From the human T2T-CHM13v2.0 reference genome, Homo sapiens, in assembly GCF_009914755.1 (NCBI RefSeq), contig NC_060930.1: a stretch of 64,000 nucleotides of DNA; one strand, given 5' to 3'. Every line of letters starts with the position of its first letter. Position 1 is the first letter of the stretch. Positions 30,019 to 43,074 of the stretch are shown in pieces. The notes beneath the pieces are model-generated. The model did no database searches, was not told the DNA's origin, and was given only the letters and a program-made list of their open reading frames with translations. A program made the translations under genes and the position numbers.

Positions 30019-31974
30019 ATATCGACATAGGTCAGCATTCAGGGGCAGGGAGGGTTGGAAAAGGTAGAGAGAGGATCAGAGGGGAGGGGACACAAACAGA
30101 ATATTCAGCAACCTCTGTATAGCAGTTCTATCAGACTTCCCATTCTTTTTTTCTGCACTTCCTGAAGGTAGGAAGTAGGAGTATTTTGCTCACCGCTGGC
30201 TTCCAAGTGGCTAGTCCAATACCCGGCACATAACATAGAAGTTTCCTCCAGAGTATGGGTTGAATTGACTCGAATATTTTAGAAGCAAGTTCTGAGAAAT
30301 GAGTGTTCAGTGAATTTTCCCCAGAGAGTAGCAATATCTCAAGAACAATTTGCAAAACAAGTAAATGCCATCACAATTTTCTATCAGCATTTGAGCATAG
30401 GACAATGTACCACATCGGATTAATCAGATGTGATCATATCTGCTAAGGCTTAAGACCAGATGACATTTCCAAGCTTCACTCTTTGCCTTATTAATAGAAT
30501 AACTTTAGTCGTTGAACTGGATGATCTCCCATGCTGGCAAAGACTTTAAATTGCTCCCTTTGTAACCATGCAATTATATAAAGGACTGGCTATATTGCTA
30601 GGGTATGATGTAAGTCATTTATCAGGTAAATAATTCTGAATACAATCTAGTCTTAATGGCCCACACCTGCTAGGAATGTGACACCAGATTTACTCCCAAC
30701 AAAGAAATGGGCTGGCAATCAAAATGCATCTTACGTGCCTCGTGACAGTGAAGAAAGAATGAAAACAGATGAAGTTGAAAAGACTTGAAAAAAGTGCGCC
30801 CTAGATTATTTGACACATTATTTTTGAGGTCTCTGAATGGTTGTTCAAAAAACTTACTGGAATATTATCCTTTGAGAAGTTATTTTTTTGGGGGCCAGCT
30901 TAGTTTGATCATCCTGAAACCAGGAGTAGGGAAAGGTGAAAAGGATCAAAGACAGTCATAGGTCATCTGATGGAGGAAGAAGGGTATCTCCAAGGCCATT
31001 GTGTCACTGAGGAGCATGGCAGCTATCAATCAAAATGCCAGTTTAGCTTTGTGCATCAGTTGGTTCTGATAAGCACCTGTTTCTTGTGTCTGTTGCTTTC
31101 CTGGTTTGCTCTCCAAATGAGCAGGTCCTTTAAATGGAAAATTAGCAAGTGGCCATCTGAGAATAAAATGAAAAGAAATATGTAAATACTTCATGCAGAC
31201 ACATGAGGCTTGGATGGTACCGCTTCTCCTGTGTTATCAAAAGAAATTGTCTTACAAGGACAGCCTGAGGCTAAATGTGTGAAGTGGCTAAAAGTTGTCA
31301 CATTATCTTTCTGCACCTGCCTCTGTTCCTCTTCTAAAGTCCTTGTCATCTCCCCAACATCCTCCCAACACATGCACATGCATCACCCCCACCCCCCAAC
31401 TCCTGTAGCTGTCCTGGGTCTTATTCCTACAGAGCCTGGTGAAGCTATTTCTCCACTAAGCTGGGGCTGTTGAATTTGTCTCTGTGTCCCCAGGGCTTAG
31501 CCCAACACCTGGAATCATGAAAGTGCTCAATAAATCTTTCATGAGTAAAGGAAGCTTCAATAAGATGTTAGATAAAAGAGGCTTAGTCACTTCTGGAGGG
31601 AGAGGTGTTTACAATTCAATAAGACATTCTTAAAGCTAGAGCCTCTAATAACAGAATTTCTGGCAACAGGATGGGTGGTGCATCACATCAGGAAGAGGAG
31701 CAGCTAGCTTTGCCTGGCAATGAGGAAGTCATGTCCTATACGCCTATTGTTTGTAAGCAGGAGGCAGCTCCTGCATTTCTAGGACTCTGGGCTCTATCTC
31801 AATCCAGGGCATTCAGTCACAGAAGGCTGCCACAGCTGCCACCAGCTCTCCTCTGCTCCAGAGTAAACCAGGGGCAGACAAAGGGTGCCCTTCTTTCCAG
31901 TCCTATGAGGAAAGCGTATACTAAGATACTTAGAAGCAATCTGGCCCCTTGCTGATACCACCATGTGTGTCTAA

Positions 31975-33568
31975 TCACACTTCTTCTCCAGAATAATTAT
32001 AACAGTGAAAAGGAGGCTTAGCATGACTAACTCCATCTTTCTCCTACCCCCCAACCCTCTGTGGTGATCTCTTTTGGTTAGTTACTTTTGCTTATTTCTG
32101 CACGTAGGTTAAGCTAACTATGGGAGGAATTTAGTTTATAGTTTGCAGTGAGGATAATAATAGTCCCTTCCCCAAACTAGCTCCCAAGGAGATAAGGAGG
32201 ATGTACACACAAGTAACAATGTTACATTAAATATCTATAGGAGCAATGTGACCTGACCAAGGACAAAGAAGTTTCTCAACCCCCTGGATCCTTACTGCTG
32301 CCCAGATGTCTCTGGTCATTGGTCACCTTTTAACCTCAACCCCTTCCCTTCCCCTGCTTCCCCTAACCTAGAAGGAGCCTAAAATTTGTGTTAAGACAGC
32401 TCTTTAGGACACTCATCTGCCATCTTCTTGGTTTGCTGGTATCGGGGGAATCTGCCCCCAATATTTTAACATAGGTTCTTTCTATTTTCCATAAGTGTCA
32501 GCCAGCTGAGAAATAAAGAGAAAGAGTACAAAGAGAGGAATTTTACAGCTGGGCCGCCGGGGGTGACATCACATATCGGTAGGACCATGATGCCCACCTG
32601 AGGTTCAAACCAGCAAGTTTTTTATTAAGGGTTTCAAAAGGGGAGGGGGTGTAAAACAGAGAGTAGGTACAAAGATCACATGCTTCAAAGGCCAAAAATC
32701 AGCACAAAAATCACATGATTCTGAGGGAACAGGACAAAGGCAAAGCAGAACTACTGATAAGGGCCTATGTTCAACTTGCATGTATTGTCTTGATAAACAT
32801 CTTAAACAACAGAAAACAGGGTTCAAGAGCAGAGAACTGGTCTGACCACGAATTTACCAGGGCAGAGTTTTTCCCTACCCTAATAAGCCTGAGGGTTCTG
32901 CAGGAGACCAGGGCGTATCTCAGTCCTTATCTCAAGAGCATAAGACAGACACTCCCAGAGCGGCTGTTTATAGACCTCCCCTCAGGAATGCATTGCTTTC
33001 CCAGGGTATTAATATTAATATTCCTTGCTAGAAAAAGAATTTAGCGATATCTTCCCTACTTGCACGTCCATTTATAGGCTCTCTGTAAGAAGAAAAATTT
33101 GGCTCTCTTTGCCCAAACCCGCAGGCAGTCAGACCTCATGGTTGTCTTCCCTTATTCCCTAAAAATTGCTGTTATTCTGTTCTTTTTCAAAGTGCAATGA
33201 TTTCCTATTGTTCAAACACACATGTTTAACCATCAATTTGTACAGTTAACACAATTATCACAGTGGTCCTGAGGTGACGTACATCCTCAGCTTACAAAGA
33301 TAACAGGATTAAGAGATTAATCTGTAATTTCTTACAGGTGTAAGAAATTATAAAAGTATTATTTGGGAACTGATAGATGTCCATATTAAAATGAAATCTT
33401 CACAATTTATGTTCCTCTGCCATGGCTCCAGCCGGTCCCTCCGTTCGGGGTCCCTGACTTCCTACAACAGCTGGCTCTTGAATAAAGTAACTTTCTTAGC
33501 CTCAACACCTTGTCTCTTGACTTACTGGCTGTGGTATGGTGAGTGGTATGAGCTTGAACTCAGCTACA
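31975..33568 (+). mobile_element. ERV1 solo LTR (LTR8/LTR26-like), split by MER11
   Basis: 5' part 'gactaactccatc...ctaactatgggaggaatttagtttatagttt'. The 3' part resumes at 33470 with aataaa and ends 'gaactcagctaca'. Start approximate. Confidence 0.7.
32440..33469 (-). mobile_element. MER11(A) solo LTR, HERV-K(HML-8)
   Basis: Minus strand begins tgttgtaggaagtcagggaccccgaacggagggaccggctggagcc; about 1030 bp; TSD gctgg at 32435-32439 and 33470-33474. Confidence 0.92.
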
Positions 33569-34082
33569 CAATCTGCTCTACCAAGTTGACTCCAGATCCA
33601 TGATTAGACCTATGTCTTTATTTCCCATCAGAACCTAGCAGAGTATCTTCTAGATAAAATTTGTTAAATAAAAGATTTTTTTTTTTGCCTGATCGATGTC
33701 AATTTGCTGCTTAGAACTAAACGTCTTTAAACTTCTGGTTTCCCTAAGGAAGTTACTTTTGTATTTTCCAGTGCTTTTTTTTTTCTAGTTAAAACATTAC
33801 ATATGTAAATTCTTGATTAAAATATTCTCCAGTGACTTCTTATTTTATCAGAGAGTTCTTTGCCAACCAATGTGCTAAAGATGGATGCTGACATACTGAA
33901 ATTCTGACCCTCATCCCAGCCCAAGGCCCTACAGATAGGGCTCTAGGTAGCTCAGGTCCTGGGTCTAGTTGCCTCTGACCAGCAACAGAATCTCCGTTTC
34001 ACTCAACTTGCGGTTCAGGTGTTATCATTTTCTTCATATGCCATGATGTGGGGGAAAACAGTTTGAAAATATTGCTCTTCAG

Positions 34083-34310
34083 CAGGGGCTGGCATTTTTT
34101 TTTTTTTTTTTCTGTAAAAAGCCAGATAGGAAAGATTTAGGCTTTGTGGGCCATATGGTCTCTGTGTCAACTAACCTCTGCCATTGTAGCATGAAAGTAG
34201 CAATAGACAATAATGAACTAATGGGCATGGCTGCGTTCCAATAAAACTATTTACAGAGATAGGTGGCAGAATGCAGATTTGGTCTGGGGGCCTTAGTTTG
34301 CCGAACTCTG
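34083..34310. mobile_element. MER58A (hAT-Charlie)
   Basis: 'taggctttgtgggccatatggtctctgt...ccaataaaactatttacag...tagtttgccgaactctg'. Confidence 0.85.
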
Positions 34311-36929
34311 TCCACAGGGTGAAGTTCGTTTCCTTGGTACAGTTGATCTTCCCATGCTCTTGTTCCGGTCTCCACATTAGCCTCATCTTTTCTACAGGCT
34401 CAAATGTCCCACACCATGGGAAGCAGTTCTCCCTTTTCTCCAGGTGTGTGTCCAGTGTCTCTGCACCCACAGCACCATGTTCACACATTTTCTCACTTTC
34501 ATGTAACAACATGTTGGAGTGTCTGTCATATCCATCAGAGTGCAACATCCTGGATGGTTGGGGGACTGTATCATGGTTATATCTGTATCTATTAGACATA
34601 TCACAGTATCTGTCATATCACTGTTTGTTGCATGAAGTTCTCACTGTTTATTGCATGAAGAGCATGGCAGCAAGGATAGATAGAAGGAAGGAAGAGGGAA
34701 GGGAAGGAGGAACAGAAGAAGGAAATAAGGAAGCATTCTCTTTCTGGTTGAACATTGTAAGTTTCATTGTCTCCAAGGAATATGCATGTCAGAGGAAAGT
34801 GTTGGTGACAAAGAAAGGCAAGGAGGGGTGGTAAAGAAAATGAGCAGGTGGTAGATTTAGGGAGAAGGTGTGTCCAATGGCAGGAAGAAGTTGTCTGAAT
34901 TCTACAAAGTTCAATGGGTGCTATTGAGCCTGCATTATGTCAGAATTACTTGATGTTATCCAAGATAAGCCAGCATCATAAAATACATTCCTTAAGTGGT
35001 GAAATAAAAGGTTACGGTGGCAAGATGCTATTCAGCAACGCATTTGTAGTACCTCTGGGGCTCTAGAATTTATGACAAGGAAATGAACCAGAAATAAATG
35101 AACCAAAGCAGTAATAAGGGATGACTGCAAACTACAATTCAATTAATAACATACCTCAATTATGAAGCAAATCTAGAAGCCTTATGAATTAATTTCTTCT
35201 TCTTCTTTTTTTTCTCTCTCCCCCCTACCCTGCTTTCTTTCTCAAGTTATTTCCACATTTCCCCTGTGGTATTAATAATCATATAATGGTATTTTCTGTA
35301 TACCACAATCTGGAGTGAAAACTTTCTCATCTTAAAGAAAAGTGCAAAGTTTCATGAGCTAACCATAAGTGTATCATGCTAAGTCATATTTCTTTAATCA
35401 CTAGGGCTTACCCCCCACATATTTTTAGTCATGGGTAACACATAGTGAAATTTAAGGCATACAGTGTATAACATGCCAAAAATTAGAATGTTATGCCTCT
35501 ATTCATGCCATAATTTGTACTTCATAAATAATATACTTCCTTATACATCATTTCAATTTGTCCTTAAGATGTGAATATTATATTACACCTATTTAGCAGT
35601 AATATCTACTGTCATGTTACTATAAGAATGTATTTTTTTCTTCCTGTTATGTCTGAGGTTTTGAGAGAATCTTACTCAAATGTCTCAGCTTTGTATCAGC
35701 TACATCATTAGGTACACAAGGACAGGTCTGAAGAGTTGCTTCTGCTAAATATTTGAAAAAGTGGCAGGGTCTTTGAGACCAGTGTGGAGGCAGCTGTGGG
35801 AAATAATAAGAGCTTTCTAAGGGTAAATGGGGCTTAGGACACAGTTGGGTTTCCCTAGTCCAGTGACTAACATTCATGCACAGATTGTTCTTTAGGTTCC
35901 AAACTTGATCATTGTAAAAAGAGCAATGGCTGCTTGGGCCAGGAGTAAACTTTCCAAAATCATGTAGTCCATTCCACGGGCTCCACATAGGATTGAAGCA
36001 ATTTTTACCAAATCTACACAGAGGTTGAAACAGCATATTGGTCTATAACACAGCTTCTAGTCATTTTCAACTTATGGTAATAGTGCTTCTAATAATAGCG
36101 AGCATATAATTTGACAACACATAGGAGCAGTAGTTTAAATTGTATTATCAGCAGATTATTCTTCTCAGCTTTGCTTGATTCCTCTAATATTTATTGTTAA
36201 CTCAAAAACATGCCAGTACACAATATATTTTATAAGTCCTAAATGTATACTGTATTGATGGAAGTGAAGCTGATTTAGTACACAAATACAAAAAGGTCCC
36301 CGCAGTTGTTCTAAAATCAGTTAACCCAGGACACTTCCATCACTGCCAAAGGAGAAACTATTTCTGGCTGTCACTCATGCTTGACTACACCTTGTCAAAC
36401 CCACAATAAAACTTTTCCTCTCATATCTCCCCCAAATTGGGAGACTACTTAAATTATTCATTGCCAGGTAGAGCACACATTAACCTCAGCTTCTGCCAGA
36501 ATGTTTGTTTGTTTGTTTGTTTCTGCTGTCAGTTATGCCCCTAGGATACGCTGGATTTGAGCAGAGGCATCATTTGAGGGCAGTTGGGTAGTAAATCTTC
36601 CTCATGTTCTCTGAGAAAGCAGTATTTCAGTGGCCAAGAGAGATTTGCCTTTTATTTAACCAGCAACACAATGAAAGCAAATGTTTTCAGCATCAACATT
36701 TCCCTTGGCCTAATATATGTTTTAATGTTCTATAAACTTAAATGATTTTAATGGCCTTATGTTCAGTAAACAAGCACATAAACAAGATGTGGAGGAAATT
36801 TTCCTTCAATGTTTTTCATTTCAATGCCATGTTTGGGGAGAAAAAATACAATTTCTATATCTTGAAGAAAATATTCAAGCCCCTCAAGTTATCCCTGGAA
36901 GACATCAAGGGATATTCATTATCCATTAT

Positions 36930-37200
36930 TAGTATCTAAGAGTTAATATTTATTTAACGTTTACTATGTGACAACATTTGTTTAAAATGTTTTGAATGTT
37001 TAAAAATGTTTTGAATTCTTATTAAAAGGCTCTATAAAGGAGATGCTTTTATTATTATTATCTCCATTATATAGACGAAGAAACAGAGGTAAAAAGAGGT
37101 TAAATAATTGTTCAAGGCTCTACTATCATTAAGTAGTGGAGGAAGCTCAAACTTGGACTTGCTTCAGAACCTTGTCCTCTTAGCCACTAGGCTACCTTGC
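36930..37200 (-). mobile_element. MIR
   Basis: 'attattatatctccattatatagacgaagaaacagagg...aggttaaataattg'. Confidence 0.75.
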
Positions 37201-37225
37201 ACTCTGTCATCTACAGGGTAATGAC

Positions 37226-37795
37226 TGGTGGCAGAATAGGCCACCCCAAATATGCCACTTCCAGATAGTGATTATTTTGAGCTGAGCATAAGTGAGAAGA
37301 AGCAGATACAAGAAAAGCTCTCTGTCCTCCCTCATTTGCCTAAGAGCAGGACATAAATTTGTAAAGATGTCCCCACTCCCCTCTTCATCAAGGACAGAAA
37401 GTGAATCACCAGAGATAAACTCTCAACCCTTAACAGCTCAGAGAAATTTACTTAAAAGACTTTACTAATCAGCTTTACTAATCGTCCATTGGTTACTCCT
37501 ATATATTTACCTTTCCATAATTTGCTGCCCTAAACACTCAAAGTCCTTTTCTTTTGTCTTGTCACTTCTCTAAAATTTATTATTCTTTTGCTAAGATGCT
37601 ATAAAAGCCCAAGTTCTAACTACCCCTTCGAGTTACTCATCACTGAGATCTCTCATGCATGTGTGCAATGCACATGTTACAAACTTCCATTTGTTTTTCT
37701 CCTATTAATCTGTCTTTTGTCAATCTAATTGCACAGGGCCCCAGTTAAAGACCTAAGATGGGTAGAGAATAAAAGGATATTTTTGCTCCCCTAGT
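37226..37795 (+). mobile_element. ERV1 solo LTR (MER34-like)
   Basis: 'agaataggccaccccaaatatgccac...gattattttgagctg', TATA-like 'gctataaaagcc', and end 'aagatgggtagag...gctccccta'. Confidence 0.7.
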
Positions 37796-37802
37796 GTACC
37801 AT

Positions 37803-38208
37803 TTTCATGCACGCCCCTGTGAAGAGACCACCAAACAGGCTTTGTGTGAGCAACAAAGCTTTTAATTACCTGGGTGCAGGTGGGCTGAGTCCAAAAAGAG
37901 AGTCAGCGAAGGGAGATGCGGTGGGGCCATTTTATAGGATTTGGGTAGGTAAAGGAAAAAGGGGGGTTGTTCTCTGGTGGGCAGGAGTAGGGGTCCCAAG
38001 GTATTCAGTGGGGGAGCTTTTGAGCCAGGATGAGCCAGGAGAAGGAATTTCACTGATGTCATCAGTGTCATCAGTTAAGATAGGAACAGGCCATTTTCAC
38101 TTCTTTTGTGGTGGAATGTCATCAGTTAAGGCAGGAACTGGCCATCTGGATGTGTATGTGCAGGTCACAGGGGATGTGATGGCTTAGCTTGGGCTCAGAG
38201 GCCTGACA
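37803..38208 (-). mobile_element. HERVH 3' LTR (LTR7)
   Basis: Minus strand tgtcaggcctctgagcccaagctaagccatc...atgaaa, preceded by the polypurine tract aagaagacaggaa (38209-38221). Confidence 0.96.
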
Positions 38209-38699
38209 TTCCTGTCTTCTTATATTAATAAGAAAAATAAAATGAAATAGTGGTAAAGTGTTAGACGGTGAAAATTTTTGGGGGTGGTATGGAGAGATAG
38301 TGGGCGATGTTTCTCAGGGCTGCTTCGAGCGGGATTAGGGGTGGTGTGGGAACCTCGACTGGGAGAGATTAAGCTGAAGGAAAATTTTGTGGTAAGGGGT
38401 GATATTGTGGGGTTGTTAGAAGAAACATTTATTGTGTAGAATTATTGGTGATGGCCTGGATACGGTTTTGGATGAATTGAAAAACTAAATGGAATAAAAG
38501 AAGGAGAAAAACAGGTATAAAAGGTCTAAGAATTGGGAGGACTTAGGGCATCTGATTAGAGAGTGCTTAAGGATATTCAGCATAGTCCTGCCAATAAAGA
38601 TTATTTATTTACTTCAAGAGTTTAGAGTGGCAGTTTGGGGATAGCACCACGAGATATCAGCTGTGATGGCTTGGAGAAACAGTGTAAACCGGCAGTGTA

Positions 38700-39400
38700 A
38701 ACAAGAGCAGGGCATGTATGAGTAGTTGAGAATGGTGAATAGGAGTATGACTAGACAGAAGATAGTAGGGATGACAAGTTTTTTTGGGGCACAGTGTAAG
38801 TCGGTCTGGTGTCTGGAATGAGACTGGGGCCTAATAAAAAGGAGTGTCTATACAGGAGCTCAAATGGGCTGTACCTTGTAGCATTCTGAGGACAGGTCTG
38901 ACTTCTGAGAAGGGAAAGTGGTAAAAGTATTGTCCAGTCCTTTTTAAGTTGGTGGCTGAGCTTGGTGAGGTGTGTTTTTAAAAGACCTTTAGTCCGTTCT
39001 ACTTTTCCTGAAGACGGAGGACCTTAAGGGATATAAAGGTTTCATTGAATACTAAAAGCCTGAAAAACTGCTTGGCTGATTTGACTAATAAAGGCTGGTC
39101 TGTTATCAGACTGTAAAGAGGTGGGAAGGCTAAACTGAGGAATTATGTCTGACAGAAGGGAAGAAATGACTGTGGTGGCCATCTCAGACCCTGTAGGAAA
39201 GGCCTCTACCTATCCAGTGTAAGTGTCTACCTAGACTAAGAGATATTTTAGTTTTCTGACTTGGGGCATGTCGAGTAAAGTCAATTTGCCAGTCCTGGGC
39301 TGGGGCAAATCCTCGAGCTTGATGTGTAGGGAAGGGAGGGGGCCTGAATAATCCTTGAGGAGTAGTAGAATAGCAGATGGAACACTGAGAAGTTATTTCC
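38700..39400 (-). pseudogene. HERVH integrase remnant
   Basis: Manual minus-strand reading gives GFAPAQDWQID (~39280-39312), SDNRPA (~39093-39110) and SSGKVERTK (~38987-39013); disrupted. Confidence 0.8.
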
Positions 39401-40191
39401 TTGAGGATAGGTTTCCACGATGGAAAGGAAATGAGAGGTCCTAAGAGGTGGGCTAGTGGCTTGTACTATAGCATAGCCTGCCTTTGCTGGTGTGTGGCGA
39501 TTAGGCCTGGTGGAACTGCCATCAATAAATCAAGGGTGATCAGGGTGAGGAACAGGAAAGAAGGAAATATGGGGAAATGGGATGAATGTCAGGTGGGTCA
39601 GAGAGATACAGTCATGGGGGTCAGGTGTGGTATCAGGAATAATGTGGGAGGCCGATTGAAGTCCGGGCCAGGAACAATGGTAATTGTGGGACTTAATAAG
39701 GAGTGAGTACAGCTGAAGGAGCCGGGGAGCAGAAAGTATATGCATCAGGTATAAGGAAGAAAGTAGATTTTGGAAGTTATGAGAAATGTAGAGAGTGAGT
39801 TGAGCATAGTTTGTGATTTTTACGGCCTCTAAAACTATTAAAGCAGTGGCAGCCACTGCACACAGACATGAGGGCTAGGCTAAAATAGTAAGGTCAAGTT
39901 GTTTGGACAGAAAGGCTACAGGGTGTGGTCCTGGTTTTGTGTAAGAATTCTGACCGGACTAACCATGCCTAGGAAGGAAAGGAGTTGTTGTTTTTTAAGG
40001 GATTGAGGTTTGGGAGATTAATCAGACATGATCAGCAGAGAGAGCACGTGTGTTTTTATGAGAATTATGCTGAGATAGCTAACAGATGAGGATGAAATTT
40101 GGGCTTGACTGAAGTAATGGGGTCTGTCTTTGAAGCCTTGTGGCAGTACAGCCCAGGTAATTTGCTGAGCCTAATGGGCATCAGGGTCAGT

Positions 40192-40584
40192 CTAAGTGAA
40201 AGCAAAGAGAGGCTGGGATGAAGGGTGCAAAGGAATAGTAAAGAAAGCATGTTTGAGATCCAGAACAGAATAATGGGTTGTAGAGGCAGGTATTGAGGAT
40301 AGGAGAGTATATGGGTTTGGCACCACGGGGTGGATAGGCAAAACAATTTGGTTGACAAGGTGCAGATCCTGAACCAACCTGTAAGTCTTGTCTGGTTTTA
40401 GGACAGGTAAAATGGGGGAATTGTAAGGAGAGTTTATAGGCTTTAAAAGGCCATGCTGTAGCAGGCAAGTGATAGCAGGCTTTAATCCTTTCAAAGCATG
40501 CAGTGGGATGGGATATTGGCATTGAGCGGGGTAAGGGTGATTAGGTTTTAATGAGATTGTAAGGGGTGAATGATTGGTCACCAA
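40192..40584 (-). pseudogene. HERVH reverse transcriptase N-terminal remnant
   Basis: SPYNSPILPVLKPDKTYRLVQDL...YSVLDLKHAFFTIPLHP are gammaretroviral RT motifs; the frame stops before any YXDD motif. Confidence 0.9.
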
Positions 40585-40772
40585 GGAGGGAGTAGAGGTA
40601 TCTTATACTTGCGGGTTAAGGTGGGGGAATACAAGAGGAGGACGCAAAGGAGGCTTTGGATTGGGAAGAAGGGCAGCAGTGAGATGCAGCTGTAATCCAG
40701 GAATAGTCAGGGAAGCAGATAATTTAGTTAAAGTGTCTCGGCCTAATAAGGGAACTGGGCAGGTGGGGATAA

Positions 40773-40961
40773 CTAAAAGGAGTGCTCAAAAGAGTATTGT
40801 CTAAGTTGGCACCAGAGTTGGGGAGTTTTAAGAGGTTTAGAAGCCTGGCCGTCAATACGCACAACAGTTATGGAAGCAAGGGAAACAGGCCCTTGAAAAT
40901 AAGGTAATGTGGAGTGAGTAGCCTCCGTATTGATTAAGAAGGGGATGGACTTACCCTCCAC
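40773..40961 (-). pseudogene. HERVH protease remnant
   Basis: FLINTEATHS corresponds to LLDTGA with the catalytic Asp lost. Confidence 0.85.
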
Positions 40962-41041
40962 TGTGAGAGTTACCCGAAGCTCGGCGTCTGTGATGGTCCA
41001 GGGGGGTTCCGAGGCAATCAGGCAGCGTCAGTCTTCAGCCG

Positions 41042-41374
41042 CTAAGCCAAGAAGATCTGGGAAGGAGTCAAAGAGCCTTGGGCCAGAGTTCCAGGGGCTC
41101 TGGGAGTGGCTGCCAGGTGAGTTGGACAGTGCGATTTCCAGTGGGGTCCCACACAGATGGGACGCGGCTTAGGAGGAATCCTGGACTGCAGGCATTCCCT
41201 GGCCTGGTGGCCAGATTTCTGACACTTGTAGCAAGCTCCTGGGGGAGGAGGTTCTCGAGGAACACCTGGCTGCTGAGGTCCAGGCATTTGGAAGTTCTTG
41301 TGTGCTGGAGATGTGGCTGGGGTTTGTCTCACAGTGGAGGCAAGGAATTGCAACTTTTTTCTATTATTGTGCAC
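41042..41374 (-). pseudogene. HERVH gag C-terminal / nucleocapsid remnant
   Basis: [14 protein letters not shown] is a CCHC knuckle, followed by a degenerate second knuckle [13 protein letters not shown]. Confidence 0.88.
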
Positions 41375-42922
41375 CTTGAAGGCAAGGTTAATTAAATCAT
41401 GTTGTGGGGTTTGAGGACCAGAACTTAATTTTTGGACTTTTATTTAATGTCGGGAGCAGATTGGGTAATAAAATGTATATTGATAATAAGATGGCCTTTT
41501 GACCTTTTAGGGTCTAGGGCTGTAAAGCGTCTCAGGGTTGCTGCCAAATGAGCCATGAACTGGGCTGGATTTTTATATTTGATGAAAAAGAGCCTAAATG
41601 CTTTCTGATTTGGGATAAAGAAAAAGGAGCATTAACCTTGACTATGCCTTTAGCTCTAGCCACCTTTTTAAGAGTAAATTGCTGGGCAGGTGGGGGAGGG
41701 CTAGTCACGGAACAAAACTGTAAGCTGGACCAGGTGTGAAAAGGGGATGTGATAAAAGGATTATAGGGTGGAGGAGCGGAGGCTGAGGAAGAATTGGGAC
41801 CTAGCTCGGCCTGGTGAGGAGGGGAGAGGTCAGATGGGTCTGTAGAAAAGGAAGATTAGAAAGACTCAGTGACACTTGGGGTTGCGACTGAGGGGACAGG
41901 TGGAAGGGAAAGAAGATTTGGGATGAGTTGCACTGGGCACAGAGACTAGAGAGGGACCAATGTGTAAAAGAATGCCTGGACGTCAGGCACCTCAGACCGT
42001 TTGCCCATTTTATGACAAGAATTATTTAGATCTTGCAGGATGGAAAAATTGAAAGTGCCATTTTCTGGCTATTTGGAACTACTGTCGAGTTTGTATTGGG
42101 GTCAAGCAGCATTGCAGAAGAAAATAACATGCTTAGATTTTAGGTCAGGTGAGAGTTGAAGAGGTTTTAAGTTCTTAAGAACACAGGCTAAGGGAGAAGA
42201 AGGAGGAATGGAGGGTGGAAGTTTGCCTATAGTGAAGGAGGCAAGTTTAAAGAAAAGGGAGAGTAGAGACACGGAGCAAAGCGGTTCAGGGGTTCTTACC
42301 CTCCAGAAAAGTGGGAAAGGGGTCTGGGCACAGAGATACGAGGTCAGGGCATGGAAATAAGGGATCAGGGTGCAGAGATATAAGAGGTTGGGGTGTGGAA
42401 ATAAGGGATTGGGTTGCGGAGATATAAGAGGTCGGAGCATGGAAATAAGGGATCGGGGCACAGAGATACGAGGTTGGGGTACTTGCCCCTCCTCCAGAAA
42501 AGTGGGACTTGCCACTAAGGGTGAAGGAGAAGGGGTTGGGGGTTTCTTGCCCCCCAGAAAAGTGGAGAAGGGGTAGAGACATGGAGAGAAGGGGTTAGGG
42601 TACTTGCTCCTCCCCTAGAAAAGCGGGACTTGCCGCTAAGGGTGAAGGACCAAGGCAGGCATCCCTGTGTGGTCTGACACCTGTGAAACGTGGGTGAATA
42701 ATCAGAGAGGTGTCCCTGCAATGATTAAACACTGAGGGAAGGCTGCCTTCCCAGTCCGTGACCAGCGCTGGAGTTTTGGGTCCACGGATAAAACGTGTTT
42801 CCTTTGTCTCCACCAGAAAATGAAAGGAATTGAAATTAAGAGAAGGGAGAGATTGAAGAGTGGAAAGGAGAAAGTGGTTGAGGGATAGTGAGAGAGGTTG
42901 GAGAAGAGAGTAAGAAGACGCC

Positions 42923-42931
42923 ACTTACCCA
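42923..42931 (-). promoter_or_regulatory. HERVH leader splice donor
   Basis: Minus strand TGG|GTAAGT, about 145 nt downstream of the 5' LTR. Confidence 0.75.
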
Positions 42932-43054
42932 ATTTAAAATTGGTGAGATGTTCCTTGGGCTGGTGGGTCTGAAGACCTGAGGTCGTAGGTGGATCTTTTT
43001 CACGGAGCAAAGAGCAGGAGGACAGGGGATTGATCTCCCAAGGGAGGTCCCCTG

Positions 43055-43072
43055 ATCCGAGTCATGGCACCA
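43055..43072 (-). promoter_or_regulatory. Primer binding site, tRNA-His
   Basis: TGGTGCCATGACTCGGAT just after the 5' LTR; one mismatch to TGGTGCCGTGACTCGGAT. Confidence 0.93.
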
Positions 43073-43074
43073 AA

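Noticed and set aside
34171-34834. 187-aa and 142-aa overlapping ORFs
   Set aside because: They overlap MER58A and L2-like sequence and show no recognisable domain.
38209-43074. Coding-competent retrovirus
   Set aside because: gag/pro/pol are broken by stops and frameshifts, the protease catalytic Asp is lost, RT is truncated and env is mostly deleted.
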